64,000 bases of DNA from the human T2T-CHM13v2.0 reference genome, Homo sapiens, in assembly GCF_009914755.1 (NCBI RefSeq), contig NC_060929.1, one strand, 5' to 3'. Position numbers and translations under genes: made by a program. The notes under the pieces are model-generated. The model did not search any database. It had not been told where the DNA came from and saw only the letters and a program-made list of their open reading frames with translations. Shown in pieces: positions 17,480 through 30,518 of the stretch (positions are counted from its first letter, which is position 1; each line of letters starts with the position of its first letter).

Positions 17480-17670
17480 AGGCAAAATTGAATGGCTATG
17501 GAGAAGTGTTCCAGATAAAGGCAGGCCAAATGAAAGGGCAAGAAGGCAAATGGCAACATGACATATTCAGGGCAACTGCAGATGATTCAATAGAAATGGA
17601 TGGTAGAAGCTTATATGAGAATGTCAGAATAAATCTGGAAGTGCAAGCAAGGCCTGGAGCCAACGTTTTA
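17480..17670 (-). mobile_element. L2 fragment
   Basis: gtgttccagataaagg...tgaaagggcaaga purine-rich L2 antisense signature. Confidence 0.5.
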
Positions 17671-17909
17671 TCCTGTACATACATGACAGGTATGTATTTT
17701 GAACATATCACTCAATGTCTACCCCCAGGCCCCTGTAAACTTGTCTTTACATAATTATCATTTAAAGTTTTTGACTGTCACCAAGGGCTAAGGTAAAAAA
17801 ATCAAAATAAAAACACTGAACGTGTAATCTGTAAGAATTTTTAGTAAAAAGAAAAAAGGCTTTGAGTAGATAATTTTGTGTGCTTGACTACATTTATAGA
17901 TATGGTTAC

Positions 17910-17983
17910 CAACCTGCAGGTTGAGGTTCATAATATTATTCAATGCTGTCATAATACATAAAGACATCATAATATATTCACCT
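17910..17983 (-). pseudogene. GREB1-like pseudo-exon
   Basis: Acceptor cctttgattag, donor TTG|gtaacc (phase 1). GEYIMMSLCIMTALNNIMNLNLQV, a weak match to NYVVIICAC...AVTG. Confidence 0.5.
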
Positions 17984-18325
17984 CTAATCAAAGGACCAGG
18001 AAAAGGTTTGGGTTTTGTTTAATGAGCTAAAATAGGTACATCTTGTAGTTAGACAATAAGAACTACATCATCATCTAGTTTCCCTCTTGCCTGGGCTACT
18101 GAGAATCTGAGTATTAAGTTTAAGTTTAATGATGATACTATTCTTAGTCTGAGATTTGTTTTATTTTTGCTTCTCTTCTAGATGTCTGTCCTTCCCAACA
18201 TTATTACTTTAACTTTTATTCTATGTTACTTGTCTCATCCATGTGCTCTCTATGAGCCATTTTAGACTTCCTCAAAAACTAGCGATTCCTGTGCTACTAG
18301 AGATCATAGAATCCTGCCCACTTAC

Positions 18326-18547
18326 TAAGGGGCTTCTTGAGTTCTCAAGCTATATAAATATTTTGGCGGGATCATTTTTTTTCCTCAAAAGCAACATCAA
18401 ATCTCCAGCTGCTGGGAAATGGTGCTTTTTCCCTATTATTGGAATCAATGAGTCAAGGCATATGTCTTTAATGGAAGTTTTGGCAAGCATGGTATTAGAG
18501 TTAATATTAGATTCAACTGAAGTAAACTGAATGGTTTGTTTTCTGCT
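18326..18547 (-). pseudogene. GREB1-like pseudo-exon with frameshifts
   Basis: Acceptor gtgcttgcag, donor TTA|gtaagt. ...DSLIPIIGK then shifted frame APFPSSWRFD, versus GREB1 DQVPLMEDLEQIFLRSWRE. Confidence 0.65.
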
Positions 18548-18779
18548 CTGCAAGCACAAATCAATGGTTTTAATCAAACACTGCAGTTTATATCATGGTA
18601 GAAATATTTACACAAAGAGAAGCACTGATAGATGCACAGCACTTAAGACAAATGTAAGTTTTTAGAAGTCTCGGGAGCATAGATTACAGGAAAGGTAAGA
18701 CACACACACGAAAAATCTCCCCAGCCAAAAACAGTATATAAACCTATGTTAGGAAATTGTGCTTCCCCTCAAAGAGTCT

Positions 18780-19480
18780 AGTTCAGTTAGCATCTTCTTG
18801 TTGCATGCAAAAAAAGATTTACTGTAGTTATCCCCAGAAATATGGGGGAGGGCAAGATGGTATACAGTGAATACAAATGCCATGGAATACAGGAAAAGTC
18901 AGACAACTCGAGTGGGATCCACAGCAGAGCCATGCTACAGAATTTCTACCTACAGGCTGAATTTCAAATCTGTAAATGTAGCCAAACAAATAATAAATAC
19001 TTCACTGATATTGCATTACAATGTACAATAAAGTATTATCTATGTTTCCGGACTTTATGGCTGCCCTGTAGTGATATGCCATTAATATTTCTGCTTGGCA
19101 TTTTCTGTCCCATCACCATTTTCTTATATTTTTTTCTTTTTACCTTCATATATTTTCTTCTTTATTCTTTAATATTTTCTACTTTTGTCCAACTCCAGCT
19201 TGGCCTTGACTTATGACCCCAAGCATATATTGTGAATGCTCCCTATATGTCCTTTGACGTACCTCCAATTTCTCTCTGCATTTCCTAATCTGGTTTATAT
19301 GAAAAAAGTATGATTGGCCTGTACATTTTTTTGTACCAGGACACATTGTAGATAATTGGCTCATCTCTGGATTTGGGTAGGGAAGACTATGGGGTCACAC
19401 AGTATACCTGCCCTGTAAGCTGTGAACAAAGAATTTTCACTTAGGAGGGACACAGGGCCTGGTACCAACACTGCTGGGAC
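18780..19480. mobile_element. Old MLT1-type LTR fragments
   Basis: tgattggcc...ggggtcacacagta and ttcttgttgcatgcaa motifs. Confidence 0.45.
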
Positions 19481-19826
19481 TAACATACAGTCCTCTACTT
19501 CACTCATGTAATAAGAAAGGGTCCAGTTCTCCTAACATGCTCCCTCTTAAGAAAAAGAAAAAGTAAAATTTCATCTTCTGAGTTTTAGGTGGATTTTCCT
19601 AATACTCAACATTGGCTTCTGGAGTGACTACATAAAGCCTAATCAAAATATAATTAATATTCAATAACGTAAAGCACATGTCTCTAATGAGAACAAGTTA
19701 CCACCCTTAAAAAAGTTTCATATGCATTCCAAAAATAAATAGAAATGAATTTCTGATTATTGGGTGGTATTCTCTATCCTCATCACTCTTCCTTTGAGTG
19801 GCATACTCTCCTGCTGTAATTGATAC

Positions 19827-19927
19827 CTCCAAAGGCATTATTACTCAACTCCCAATGCTTCACTTGCATATCTTGCATCTTGCAGGTTTCAAGAATTTGT
19901 GGAACAACACATCTTTGCTTCAAAGTA
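19827..19927 (-). pseudogene. GREB1-like pseudo-exon
   Basis: Acceptor cctcttcag, donor GAG|gtatca, phase 1 to 0. L*SKDVLFHKFLKPARCKICK*SIGS*VIMPLE versus NLNDVVVSPLL. Confidence 0.6.
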
Positions 19928-19994
19928 CTGAAGAGGTTAAAGTTGCATGAACTTAATAAATGTGAATTAATATAATACAATATTATAAATAGAC

Positions 19995-20120
19995 TTAGAG
20001 CTCATTGAAAGCAGGGACTATGTCTCTCTTATTCACTGCTCTGCCCCAGACACTAGTGCGATATGTGATACATAGTATGCGTTCAATATATTTTTCAAAA
20101 TAAATAATCAATCAATTAAT
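19995..20120 (+). mobile_element. L2 3' end
   Basis: gcagggactatgtct..attcactgct..acatagtatgcgttcaata. Confidence 0.7.
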
Positions 20121-20587
20121 TCATGACTACCATATCTACTTGCCCACAACTTCTAAACAATGGGAAGCATGGAGATGAGAGTCTAGTGAGGGCCATTTTT
20201 GTAAATATCAAAGAGTACCTCTAGGTTCTACAGAATAACTTAGTAGAATATTAAACGAGAAGTGGAATAGGTTTAAATGCAGGTCTTCTAATTAAAAATG
20301 AGTTCCTAGATAAAAGCAAGAGTAAAACAAAAACTTGCAGAGGTACTTAATTATTCTTAGCCTCTCTGTCTCTCTCTGTCTCTCTCTCTGAAGGTAACTT
20401 CTACCAGCCAAAGCTTAATGTTTACTGTTTGGTCTTCTTAGAAGAAAAGATTCTTTAAAACAGCCATGAAACCCCTCATCAGGCCAGGGCAAGATCTATC
20501 CTCCAGCAGGAGTTAGAGTCTCATTGCCCATCTTGGAGCTGAGTTTGAAGGAAAAGTCCCTGCTCTGGGGTACCTCTCTCATCTCAC

Positions 20588-20633
20588 TTGGTCAACACAG
20601 AGTTATTAGATTACTAAGCTCATATTCTCTCTC
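20588..20633 (-). pseudogene. GREB1-like pseudo-exon
   Basis: Long polypyrimidine tract upstream, donor CAA|gtgaga, phase 0 to 1. EREYELSNLITLC*P versus GREB1 DNLLKICKAKP. Confidence 0.55.
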
Positions 20634-20901
20634 CAGATAGAAGTAACAAAAGGCAGAAAACCAACAGAATGTTATATGTTACTCATTTTCAACTTAGTGT
20701 GAATAATTTGGCAGAACTTGATAAGGGCAAAAGCATGATTTTGCTACTGATGAGAAATATTTACGTATGCTTTCATCACACAGCTGAGCACCCAAATGAG
20801 AGGCATTGTTCTGAACAATGCCACTGCCTTTCTCCTGAAAGCCTGTTGTCATTAACTGAAATCAGAGAAAGGGGCTGATTTCACCAACCTGAATCACTCA
20901 C

Positions 20902-21080
20902 TTGATGGCCAAAGTTCTAGAAGTTTGTGCTCTGGGGCCCTGAGACTGGATTCTTTCTGCCTCTGATTTGGCAACTGATGCCCACTCATTTGTTAAGGAT
21001 TAGAGGAACTCTTGAGTCTCTTCTTTTAAAATAAAAGCCAACTTTGCCATTTTGTTCTTTCACAAAGAACAATCTCTTTG
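20902..21080 (-). pseudogene. GREB1-like pseudo-exon
   Basis: Strong acceptor (poly-T then cattcag) and donor CAA|gtgagt; 179 nt, phase 1 to 0. KRLFFVKEQNGKVG... versus KHLKYYLVRNAQG. Confidence 0.65.
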
Positions 21081-21940
21081 CTGAATGAAAAAAAAATTGT
21101 AATTCTTCTAGCTGTTGAGCCATGATCTCTGCTAAGGGGTAAGAGGATCACAATATTCCCTTTCATGAAGTGTGTTAATGGTGTCCTCCCTCTGTAAAGG
21201 CCTGAATGTATAGTTTCTGCCTGGTTTAATGTATCATTTTTGAACAATATGTACCTGAGCCACTAAGGACCAATGAGTAGGGGCTGGCAGGTGGCCCTCA
21301 ACCCTTCCTCTTGATACCTTTAATCCTCCTCCTTCAGCCAGAGAAGCTCTGCTTTACTTCTGTTTCATATGTTGAATTTCTGCAAAAGAAGTCATTTGAC
21401 AAAATGATTTGGAGGTTTGGAAAAGATGGAAAACCAGCATGATGGGGAATGAACACTGAACGTAGAAAATCTGGATTCTAGTCCTGCTACTAGCCCCAGT
21501 TAGCTAGTAGACATTGAGAAATAACTTCAACTTTGTAGTGTCTGACTCCTCCTCTGTTAAAATGAGGCATCAAATGGGGGAACTCAAGCCAGGCCATACA
21601 GTGTTTTAGAGGTTCCTGAGAGGTCCTTAGGGTTTACTCTGAAAAGGAAGGTTGGAGGCTCCATTTCCTCAACCACTGCAAACAGCACAACTCTATTATA
21701 TAGATACATAGAGAGAAATTTTATATAAAATTTAGTTTGAGAAAAGCTTTAAAAAATTGAAAAGCACTCAATTCTATATGAAAAACCTCTTTCATTCTAA
21801 TAGTCAATTGCTCCATAATTCCTACTTTCCACTGGTTAAAAAAACAAAACAAAATACTTTTTAGTGACTTTCTTATTCATAGTATTATGCTATTTGTTGG
21901 TGCTGATGACCTAGATGACACAATAATATAACACACACAC

Positions 21941-21943
<3 letters not shown>

Positions 21944-21973
<30 letters not shown>

Positions 21974-21975
21974 TA
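21944..21975 (+). repeat. (TATG)n microsatellite
   Basis: Direct reading. Confidence 0.9.
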
Positions 21976-21977
21976 TA

Positions 21978-22342
21978 CAGATGTTCCTTGACTTACAATG
22001 GGTTACATTTTGATAAACCCATCATAAATTAAAAATATTGTAAGTGGAAAATGCATTTAATACACCCAGTCTATCAAACATCGTAGCTTAGCCTAGCCTA
22101 CCTCAAATGTGCTCAGAATGCTTAATTAGCCTACAGTTGAGCAAAATCATGTAATGCAATGCCAATTTTGTAATAAAGTGTTGAAAATCTCATGTAATTT
22201 ATTGAATACTCTACAGAAAGTGAAAAATAGAAGGGTTGTTTGGGTACCTGAAGTACTGTTTCTACTAAGTGTGTATCACTTTTGCACTACCTCAAAGTCA
22301 AAAAATCACAAGTCAAACTATTCACAAGTCAAGGACAGTCCG
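21978..22342 (+). mobile_element. MER47A-like TcMar-Tigger DNA transposon
   Basis: cagatgttccttgacttac ... aagtcaaggacagtccg imperfect TIRs, TA flanks, about 365 bp. Confidence 0.85.
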
Positions 22343-22779
22343 TATAAAACAGTATTTTTCTAAGTACTCAGAATATATATATATAATTACATATATGTGC
22401 AAATTTGTGTATATATACACAATTTGTAATTTCATACATATTTAAGTATATATTGGTTAGTATTAACATTCTCTATATTGTCTTCCTTGAAATACTTTTC
22501 TAGGAGATATTAGTGAGTATGCATGAAAAAAATGCCATATTCAAATGAGTTTAACAGATTATGCATATTTAATCTCCCTGTAGGTAATTCATAATATACA
22601 TGTGCATGTTTAAGGCATCTCGTTGAGAAGAACTTCAATGGAAAAAATCTATTTGATCTGGTTTAACTTAGAGTTCCCAAACTTACCTAAGTGAAGCATT
22701 CTTTATCAACATTCTATTGAAATTGCACGAACCATGATTATGAAGCAAACTGGAAAACAATAACGTAGTATTTGTCCAG

Positions 22780-23200
22780 TGTGATGGACTGCATATTTGT
22801 GTTACCCTAAAATTCATGTATTGACTGAAGCCCTAACTCTCAGTATGATGGTATTTGGGGTGGAGCCTTTGGGAAGTAATTAGGTTTCAATGACATCATG
22901 AGGGTGGTGCCCTGATGATGGGATTAATGTCCTTATAAGAGGAAGAAGAGGCATTAAAGAGTTTTTTCTCTCTCTCACTCTCTTTCTCTCTCTCTTCACT
23001 GGCACAAAGAGGAGGTCATGTGAACCACAGTGCCTTCTGCAAGTGGCCATCTGCAAGCCAGGAAGAGGGCCCTCACCAAGAGCCAAATCCAGCACCTGAA
23101 ACTTGGACTTCCCAGTGCCCAGAACTGTTAGAAATAAACATCTGTGCTTCAAGCCACCCAGTTTATAGTATATTGTTATGGCAGTCCAAGCAGGCTATAA
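22780..23200 (+). mobile_element. MLT1A-like MaLR solo LTR
   Basis: tgtgatggactg..aaattcatgt..ggagcctttgg..aataaa..ttgttatggcag. Confidence 0.85.
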
Positions 23201-23299
23201 TATCCAGGTAAGAAAATTATGACTAGTGAATTGATTTGGCCACGGTTACAAAAACTACTGACACAAATAGCATTCTAAATTTCTACCTGAAAATCGATT

Positions 23300-24390
23300 T
23301 GAAAAGTCCAGTCAAGATGGTGAATGAACTTCATACTCTGACATCTAATTTTTATCCAAAATAATATTATTGAGAACTCTAAAAAATAAAATTCAACAAT
23401 ATACGTAGGGTTAAAAACAAAAACATCATTATGGACTATAATTGGAACAGAAACACAAAGCAGGGAACATGGCTAAATCCCACGGCCTGCAGGATCTATG
23501 ATTAGGAAACAGGCAGGAGTGATGGCAAGTAAGGGAGATTGAAAATTCTATGCTAGACAAGGGACAGGATCCAGTCTCACTGCTTGAAGCCAGATGCTGG
23601 GATGGAGGTAGTTTCCCCTCCCCATTGCTCTTAGGAAAAGGCTAATAAAACTGCTTTCATCCTAGACCCAAGACCTTATACACTGTGGAATCAGCAAAGC
23701 TGGTTTACAAAGCATCACCCCACACTCAGGAACTGGCTGTCAGACTGTTATTATTTCCAGCATCACAACAAAGGAGGGGCCACAACACATCAAAACATCT
23801 GTTTCCAGACTAGAGATCCAGAGGGCTAGATGAAGGCAACAAAGAATACCACTGGACGAAGAGGAGATGAGCACAAAGGAGAAAAGACAGAAAATAAAAT
23901 CATCCCACTCTGGAGGGAGACTGCATACCATGGGAGGAAAATGAGTGCTAAGTACGGCGGCCAAAAAAATCACAATGGGGATAATAATCCCCTTTGAGTG
24001 AGTAATATTCAAATAATATTCTGCCTAAAAATTTATAAAAATAATTTGGAATATCCAGAGAGATTAAAAAAGAAGAAAATTTCTTTAAAGGGAATAATAA
24101 ATTATGATAGAAAAATAGGAAAATAAGAATGAGTACATAAAAAACAATTGAAACTTCTTAAAAATAATGAAACACACACAAACAAAATTTAGATGAACCC
24201 AGGATTTGACAAAGAAGGAATTAATGAATAAAAAGATAGCACTCAGAAATTTCTTAAGATGCAGCCCAGAGTGACAAAGATGAAAATTTTGAAAGAGCAA
24301 CTAGGACACAGGGTGTGAAATAAGAGACCCCAATGTCTGTCTGAAGGGATGCGGAAAGAAGAATGTCAAAAGAATGACAAAGGAAAAGTA
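23300..24390 (+). mobile_element. Old L1M 5'/ORF1-like remnants
   Basis: caagatgg start and A-rich ORF1-like degenerate sequence. Confidence 0.45.
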
Positions 24391-24399
24391 GTGAAAATC

Positions 24400-24980
24400 A
24401 TTTTACTTCTGCTCAAAATCCTTCACAACTTTCTGTATCACTCAGAGTGACATCTATTGTCCTGAAAATGTTGTGCAAAGCCTGTGAGCTCCCACACCCA
24501 CTCTCACCTTCCAGCTTTCTGACCTCACCTTCTCCTGATTTTTGCTTTGCTCTCTGTTTCCAGTCACACTGTCCTCATTTCTTTTCTCCGAACTTTCCAG
24601 GCATGCCCCAGTACCAGAAATTTCACATTGGCTGTTCCCTCTGCCTGGAACTCTCCTCCTCCAGAATGCCATGTGCCTTACTCACTCACCTGTTTCAATT
24701 CTTTGCTCACATGTCATCTTCCTCAGAGGACCCTCCCCAACCACCTGTTTAAACTTGCATCTCCAGCCCCTCCCCACCGTCTTTTTTCCCTGCATTACTC
24801 TTCCCCTTAGAACTCAGTGCTATCTCACATACTATATGCTTCATACATTTACTTATGTCTGTCTCCCCACACTGGGCTTTAAACCCCTGAGAACAGAAGT
24901 GTTTTGTTTGTATTTACTTTTGTACTTCCACTGCCTGACACATTGTAGGTACCCTGTACCTAATTATTGATAGAATCCAT
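24400..24980 (+). mobile_element. L2 3' region
   Basis: ctgctcaaaatcctt..ggctgttccctctgcctggaa..cacattgtagg. Confidence 0.8.
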
Positions 24981-25679
24981 AAATGACCCCTAGCATATGA
25001 GAAACACTCAATAAAGGTTAGTGCTGTGATAAAGCTCTACACATTAATAAAGGTTAGGTATTGCAACTTAGCCACACCCTTTCAATTATCAATAATTCCC
25101 TACTTAGACTGTTCTGCTAATCACTCTACTCCAGAAGAGTCAGTCACATTATTTTAATAATGGCAACCATCTGCGACATTTCTTATTTTACTTTAGCGTC
25201 AATTCCAAAGTGGGGAAATTATCTCCATCTTATTGTGATTATGAGACTGAGATATGGCAAAATTAATTTCCCCAGATTCATATACCCAGAGAATAGTAGA
25301 GAACATTTGGAACCTCAGACTGTTCACCTCCAGAGACTCTGCTGCCCTCTGCACTAGTGAATTGATCTGCTTGCTTCTCTGGCATTAGAATCCTCCATAA
25401 CCACCATCTCTGCTCCATGCTGCCTCTTGTTTTGATAATCATCTTCCACAGTGACTCTAGCGAACACTGTTGCCATTCCTCCTCACTAAACCTTGCTTAT
25501 CTGGATATCTCTCTCTTCTAAAGATAAATCTGGGCATCCCAAGGTCCAAGGGTAAATCTGGATTTATTTAAGCAAATCAGAAAGCTAAGGTGACATCATC
25601 AAAATTGGCAGAATAGGGAATTCTTAAGACTTTGTCATGTCGAGAAACCAAGTAATACACTGGCAAAGACTGTCGGAAT

Positions 25680-26090
25680 CTGAGCCAATCATGGCAATCC
25701 ATTCTCCTTGCCAGTGATTGGCTTAGGAATAGACATTTGATACAATTCCAGCCAATCAGACATGAGTTACCTGGAGTACTTCTGATGATAGTTCTCCACT
25801 CCTGAGTGGGAAAAACAGGAGGAATGGACTCTCCTTCCTCCAGACATGTTCATATTTAAATAAGATGCCTGAACTACTACCACCATCTTTTAAGCAACCC
25901 AAAGATGAAATTAACACATGGAAGAGAACAGAACCAATAAAATCTCAGAGAAGTTAGAGACATTGTATACCAAGCTTAATGCCTGCATTACCCATGAAAG
26001 TTATGTGAAACTTATTAAAAGTGTATGGATGATATAAGAAAAGTTGAGTTGATTTTCTGTAGCTCTAACTGAAAACATCCTAATAATACA
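25680..26090. mobile_element. Old MLT1-type LTR
   Basis: gccagtgattgg..cagccaatcag..ctgaaaacatcctaataataca terminus. Confidence 0.55.
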
Positions 26091-26333
26091 TATCACCCCC
26101 TTTTCACCTGAGAAGTAGCCCAACCTCCAAAAATCACTTAAATGGATGTATCTTTATCTCTACTATTTGAACATTGACAAAAATTTGAAGCTCATAGTTT
26201 CTGAGATTGGATTGGTTACAGACCTGCCACTAAAATAACTTAAGGGGGAACTTTAGATTTTTCTCACAGAGCAGTTGAAAGTAGGGGTGGAAGAGTTCAG
26301 GTCAAAAATCAAGCTCTAGTTTTGTCATGGAGG

Positions 26334-26642
26334 GCGACATATAAAGTGGTCCATTGAGGCATAAAGAAGTTGAGTGATTTGGCCAAGCTCACCATGTTAG
26401 TTGATAGGCAAAGTGAGACCACAAGACAAGTTCCTCACCTTCTGTTACAAGACATTGCCCATGCCCAGGTTAAACCTAGCTGTATTCAGTGACATATAAA
26501 GCAATGCATTGAGGCACAAAGAAGTTAAGTGATTTGGCCAAGCTCACCATGTTAGTTGATGGCAAACTGAGACTATAAGACAAATTCCTCACCTTCCGTT
26601 GCAAGGCATTGTCCATGCCCATGTCAAACCTAGCTGTATTCA
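26334..26642 (+). repeat. Tandem duplication, 2 x ~155 bp, containing a MIR fragment
   Basis: Units 26334-26488 and 26489-26642 share gacatataaag...tgatttggccaagctcaccatgttagttgat...aaacctagctgtattca. Confidence 0.92.
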
Positions 26643-27159
26643 TACTCCCAGATGCATTATGTAACTGAAAGAAGGGCAGAAAAAAGTTCAAAGATTTAAC
26701 GGAATTCAGTTATACCTGGAAGATAAATATTTTGCCTCCCAATGATTATTCTAGCAATGCAGAAACAAACTACCATTTAGAAATACGATTCTACAGATCT
26801 ATTGACCCCTTGGTTGCATCTCTCTGTCAGGAGAACAATTAAACTACAACATCCACCCTCTTTGTCAAGAACATTTTGGAAAACCTAAGCCTGTTTCACT
26901 TCTTGCATCTTATTTGGCAAATGATTTCCTTTGACCTCATTACAGGAAAACAATTGTCCTTTGACATGCAAGTATAGTTCTCATAAGCCTGGCTCCTTTC
27001 TGACCTCTGAAGTCATTCTTGGGAGGATGTTTATTTATGCTTATATCAGAATTGTTTCAGAGCCTTAGGTCTGCTTTAAATGAATACATAAATATATAGA
27101 TGTTTTTTAAATCATTGGAGGTAGAAAATGCCTTAAGTTGAAACTGTCTAATATTACAG

Positions 27160-27470
27160 CTAAAAATGCACACTCAGGGACTAGATCTACTGGCTTAAAA
27201 TCTCAGCTTTACCATTTTCTAGCTGTATGATCTTGGACAAGTTATTTAATTTTTCTGCACCTTAATCTGCTCATTTTTAAAACCAAAACCTTTTACAATA
27301 GTACCTAACTACTTATGATGTGGACTAAATTACACCAAACTGTCTGTTAAAAATGTGTTAAATAATACTCATTTGTCATGTGGATTAAATGAGTTAATAT
27401 ATGTGAAGTTTCTAGAACTCGGCCTGGCACATGGTAGTCACTATACAAGTATTATCTATTATTATTATTA
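27160..27470 (+). mobile_element. MIR
   Basis: ctagctgtatgatcttggacaagttatttaa..ggattaaatgag..cctggcacatggtag. Confidence 0.8.
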
Positions 27471-27509
27471 TTTAGCACATTAATGGCAGATACAACCAGC
27501 AAAGCAAAC

Positions 27510-27800
27510 TGAGTGCTTGCTATATTGCAGGCACAGAGTTAGATGTCTCAAGTGCAATTGTTCATAGAGTGGAAATGCATAGTTCTTGCCCTCTTGCTTC
27601 ACTCTGGGGATAAGTACCATAAACAGACAATTGCAAGGCAAAGTAATCAGTGCTGGGATGGAGGTAGTACAGAATGCCATGCTAAATGTGGGAAAGGAAA
27701 AGTGAGAAAAGGGAGGAAACATTACCTAAGCTGCAAGAAGCCTTTTTGAAGGGAGAGACTCCTCAGCTAGGACATGAAGTAAGGGCAGAAGTTAACTAAG
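27510..27800 (-). mobile_element. L2 fragment
   Basis: tgagtgcttgctatattgcaggcac..cttgccctc. Confidence 0.55.
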
Positions 27801-28525
27801 CAAACAATTGAGGATGAAAGTGCCACAGGGAGAGAGAAGAGTGTGGTTTTTTTAGCCCAATAATAAAATAAAACAGCTCTCCTGCTGGTTCCACCCTCAT
27901 CAATGAACACACTGAAAATGTCTTAGTTGTGTGCTGTTGCCCAGGTATAGGAGGAAGATGTGGTTTATTCCCTTCTTTTTGCCATGTTAACACATACCCA
28001 AATAAGATTCAGTCAACTATTGACAGTGGTTTACAGTGTACATTTCAACTATAGAGAGCTTGGGAAAGGGGTGAAATCAAGAAGGACTTTTCATAACAGT
28101 CTAATTCCTCCCACTGGTTGGAGACCCACTGCCCAGCCCTTCTGTGGCACCCCATGTGAATGCTTTCTAGTTAGTTGAGAATATTCCACACACACACCCA
28201 TATTTCATCCTACTAACTCCTTTCCCCAATGCCCCACTTCTTTTAGCATCCTCTTCTAGATCAAAATCCTTATACCTTCCCTTTTTTAAACACAGCTGGA
28301 TTATTTACCTAGTGGGTAGCAAGCTCTAAGTTTTCCTGTTCCTTAGAAATTTTTCCAGCTTCCTGAGCTGTGGGTCACAGCTATTCTTTCTAACTCTCAT
28401 TCTGCTATAGGATAGAGAAACAGAAAGTTTGAGTGGAAAGGGAAGAAAAGGGCATTGGGGTGGTCTTGTGCCAGTTTCCTGATAGTCTTTTCTTTGGCTG
28501 ACTGAAAAATATAATAATAATAACA

Positions 28526-28829
28526 GGCCTGGCGCAGTGGCTCATGCCTGTAAACCCAGCACTTTGGGAGACTGAGGCAGGCAGATCACATGAGGTCAGG
28601 AGTTTGAGACCAGCCTGGGCAACACGGCAAAATGCTGTCTCTACTAAAAATACAAATATTAGCTGGTTGTGGTGGCACATGCCTGTAGTCCCAGCTGCTC
28701 AGGAGGCCAAGGTGGGAGGATGGCTTCAGCCTGGGAGGTGGAGGTTGCAGTGAGCCGAGATGACACCACGGCACACCAGCCTGGGCAATAGAGCCAGACC
28801 TTGTCTCAATAATAAAAACAGCAACAAAC
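28526..28829 (+). mobile_element. Alu (AluJ or old AluS)
   Basis: ggcctggcgcagtggctcatg full dimer; imperfect TSD ataataataat(a/c)acag. Confidence 0.95.
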
Positions 28830-30054
28830 ATAATAATAATCACAGACACTACACATTGAGAAAGTCAATTACCTTCTAACAGCTATCTCCAGTGCTATGC
28901 CTCATGTTCCCAGCTCTAAGAGCATAAGTTTCAGATATCAATTGGCTAAAGAGAATCTTATTTCCTTTCAAATTACATTACATTGTCCTCCTCCATGAAT
29001 TTAACCTTAAGTGTGTTTTTCTCAGCTCATGGATATCTCCTGCTTCCATCCCATGAGTTGAACATACAAGAAATAAGAAAGTCTCATTCAATAAAAAGAT
29101 ATTTATCAAAAACACTAATAGCGATATTTAACAGTGTGATTTAGTTTTTATGGGTTTCATTTATTTTTTTAGACCTAACAACGTTTCCATAAGATTTTTA
29201 CAATATAATAAGAAATACTATTTTTTTAAGTGGGTGGTAACTGGCTTCAAAAGACACTCGGAGAAAAAGTAAGGACTTCTATCTAAAGAGGGTAGGCACA
29301 CATGTATCATTTCCCTCAGGCCTGATCATCTTGGATTTCTAAAAATGACATCAAATTATCTTTTCAAACCATAACTACATTCAAAATCAAGAAAAGGAAC
29401 CTCCATGGACCAGAAACCATTAGGAATCCCTGGATGAGTGATAAGCAAAAAGAGGTCATCAAATCTAAGGAATAAAATCAGGCTAGTGGGGAAAAAAAAT
29501 ACCATGAGAAAATAGTATTGAAATCAAAATTAAAACATTTCAATAATATGAATAGCAGGGGAAAAAACACAGCTGAAGGTGGATTGGTGAGCTAGGAGTC
29601 TGAATTGATGAATTTCCCAGCAAATATTGTAAAGGAATTTTCCAGAATATATCATAAAGAGATAAAGAATTAGAAAGTATGAAAGAAAAGTCAAGAAACA
29701 TGAAGGATTCAGAACGTCCAGTAGTCACCTCCTCAGAAAATCAAAAAGGAGAAACTAAGATTTTTAGAGAGGAAAATTGACAGAAAAAAAAAGTAATTCT
29801 GGTCATTCCTAGACTCCTTTTTAATAATGAAGGAATCATTTTTAGAATTACTTAGTCATACTTCAGTCAACTCATATTTATTCAGATTTAACAATGTGTC
29901 AAGCACTGTGCAAGGAGCTGACAATCTAATAAGAGTAAAAAAATCCTCTCCCTGGAAAATGCATACATTCACAGATCACAATTTTCTACATTATTTTAGG
30001 GGTTAAGAGTTCATGGATTCATAATCTTTTATATTTTTATTTGGAACAGTTCAC

Positions 30055-30150
30055 CTGTTTTGACTTGGCAAAAACAAGACTATTTTTTCCCTATTGAATT
30101 ACTGGATTGTTTGACAAAGGGTATCTTAGCAACTGATTGTTTGAAGACAT
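30055..30150 (-). pseudogene. GREB1-like pseudo-exon (acceptor end uncertain)
   Basis: Donor CAG|gtgaac, phase 1, matching the next exon. SSNSIGKK*SCF versus GREB1 SGNCVGCGKKGFCYF. Confidence 0.45.
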
Positions 30151-30195
30151 GAAATCATACAGAGACTCAGTTTAGAATAAAACTGGAATTGGTAA

Positions 30196-30285
30196 ACTCA
30201 CACTCTCAGTGCTATCCTACAATAGTTATAGAATGGTCATACTCACATTCTGAGTGTTATCCCACAGGGGTTATGGAATGGTCAT
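30196..30285 (+). repeat. Tandem duplication, 2 x 45 bp
   Basis: actcacactctcagtgctatcc...gaatggtcat followed by actcacattctgagtgttatcc...gaatggtcat. Confidence 0.9.
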
Positions 30286-30333
30286 CTTTCATCAATTGAA
30301 GTAAATTGAAGTCTCTGAACAATTGTTAATTAC

Positions 30334-30518
30334 ATTAGTAACAAAAATCACTAGTTTTCTACTAATGGTTAGTAGACATCTCACAGAGAATCTCAGCTGC
30401 AAAGAAAGTCAGCAACCTGAAAAGAAGACAATCAATCTACAGGATTTTGAGTGAGGAAAAATTTTGTTGGCACAACCTAGGGAGACTAGGGGGGAAAAGC
30501 ACTTGTCTGAGATAATAT
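30334..30518 (-). pseudogene. GREB1-like pseudo-exon
   Basis: Acceptor tttatttacag. Reads DIISDKCFSPLVSLGCANKIFP..., versus GREB1L GKDLRLVSLCMEQIDIP. Donor position (AAT|gtaatt) is uncertain. Confidence 0.55.

Noticed and set aside
19263-19289. 27-nt micro-exon IRKCREKLE with good splice sites
   Set aside because: It appears to overlap an MLT1-like LTR fragment, and the flanking exons are phase-compatible without it. Left out of the model, though not excluded.
14604-19927. In-frame TGA codons read as selenocysteine or readthrough
   Set aside because: TAA and TAG stops and frameshifts are also frequent, so this is plain decay.
26334-30285. Tandem units as a CRISPR-like array
   Set aside because: Only two-copy duplications without spacers, in mammalian DNA.
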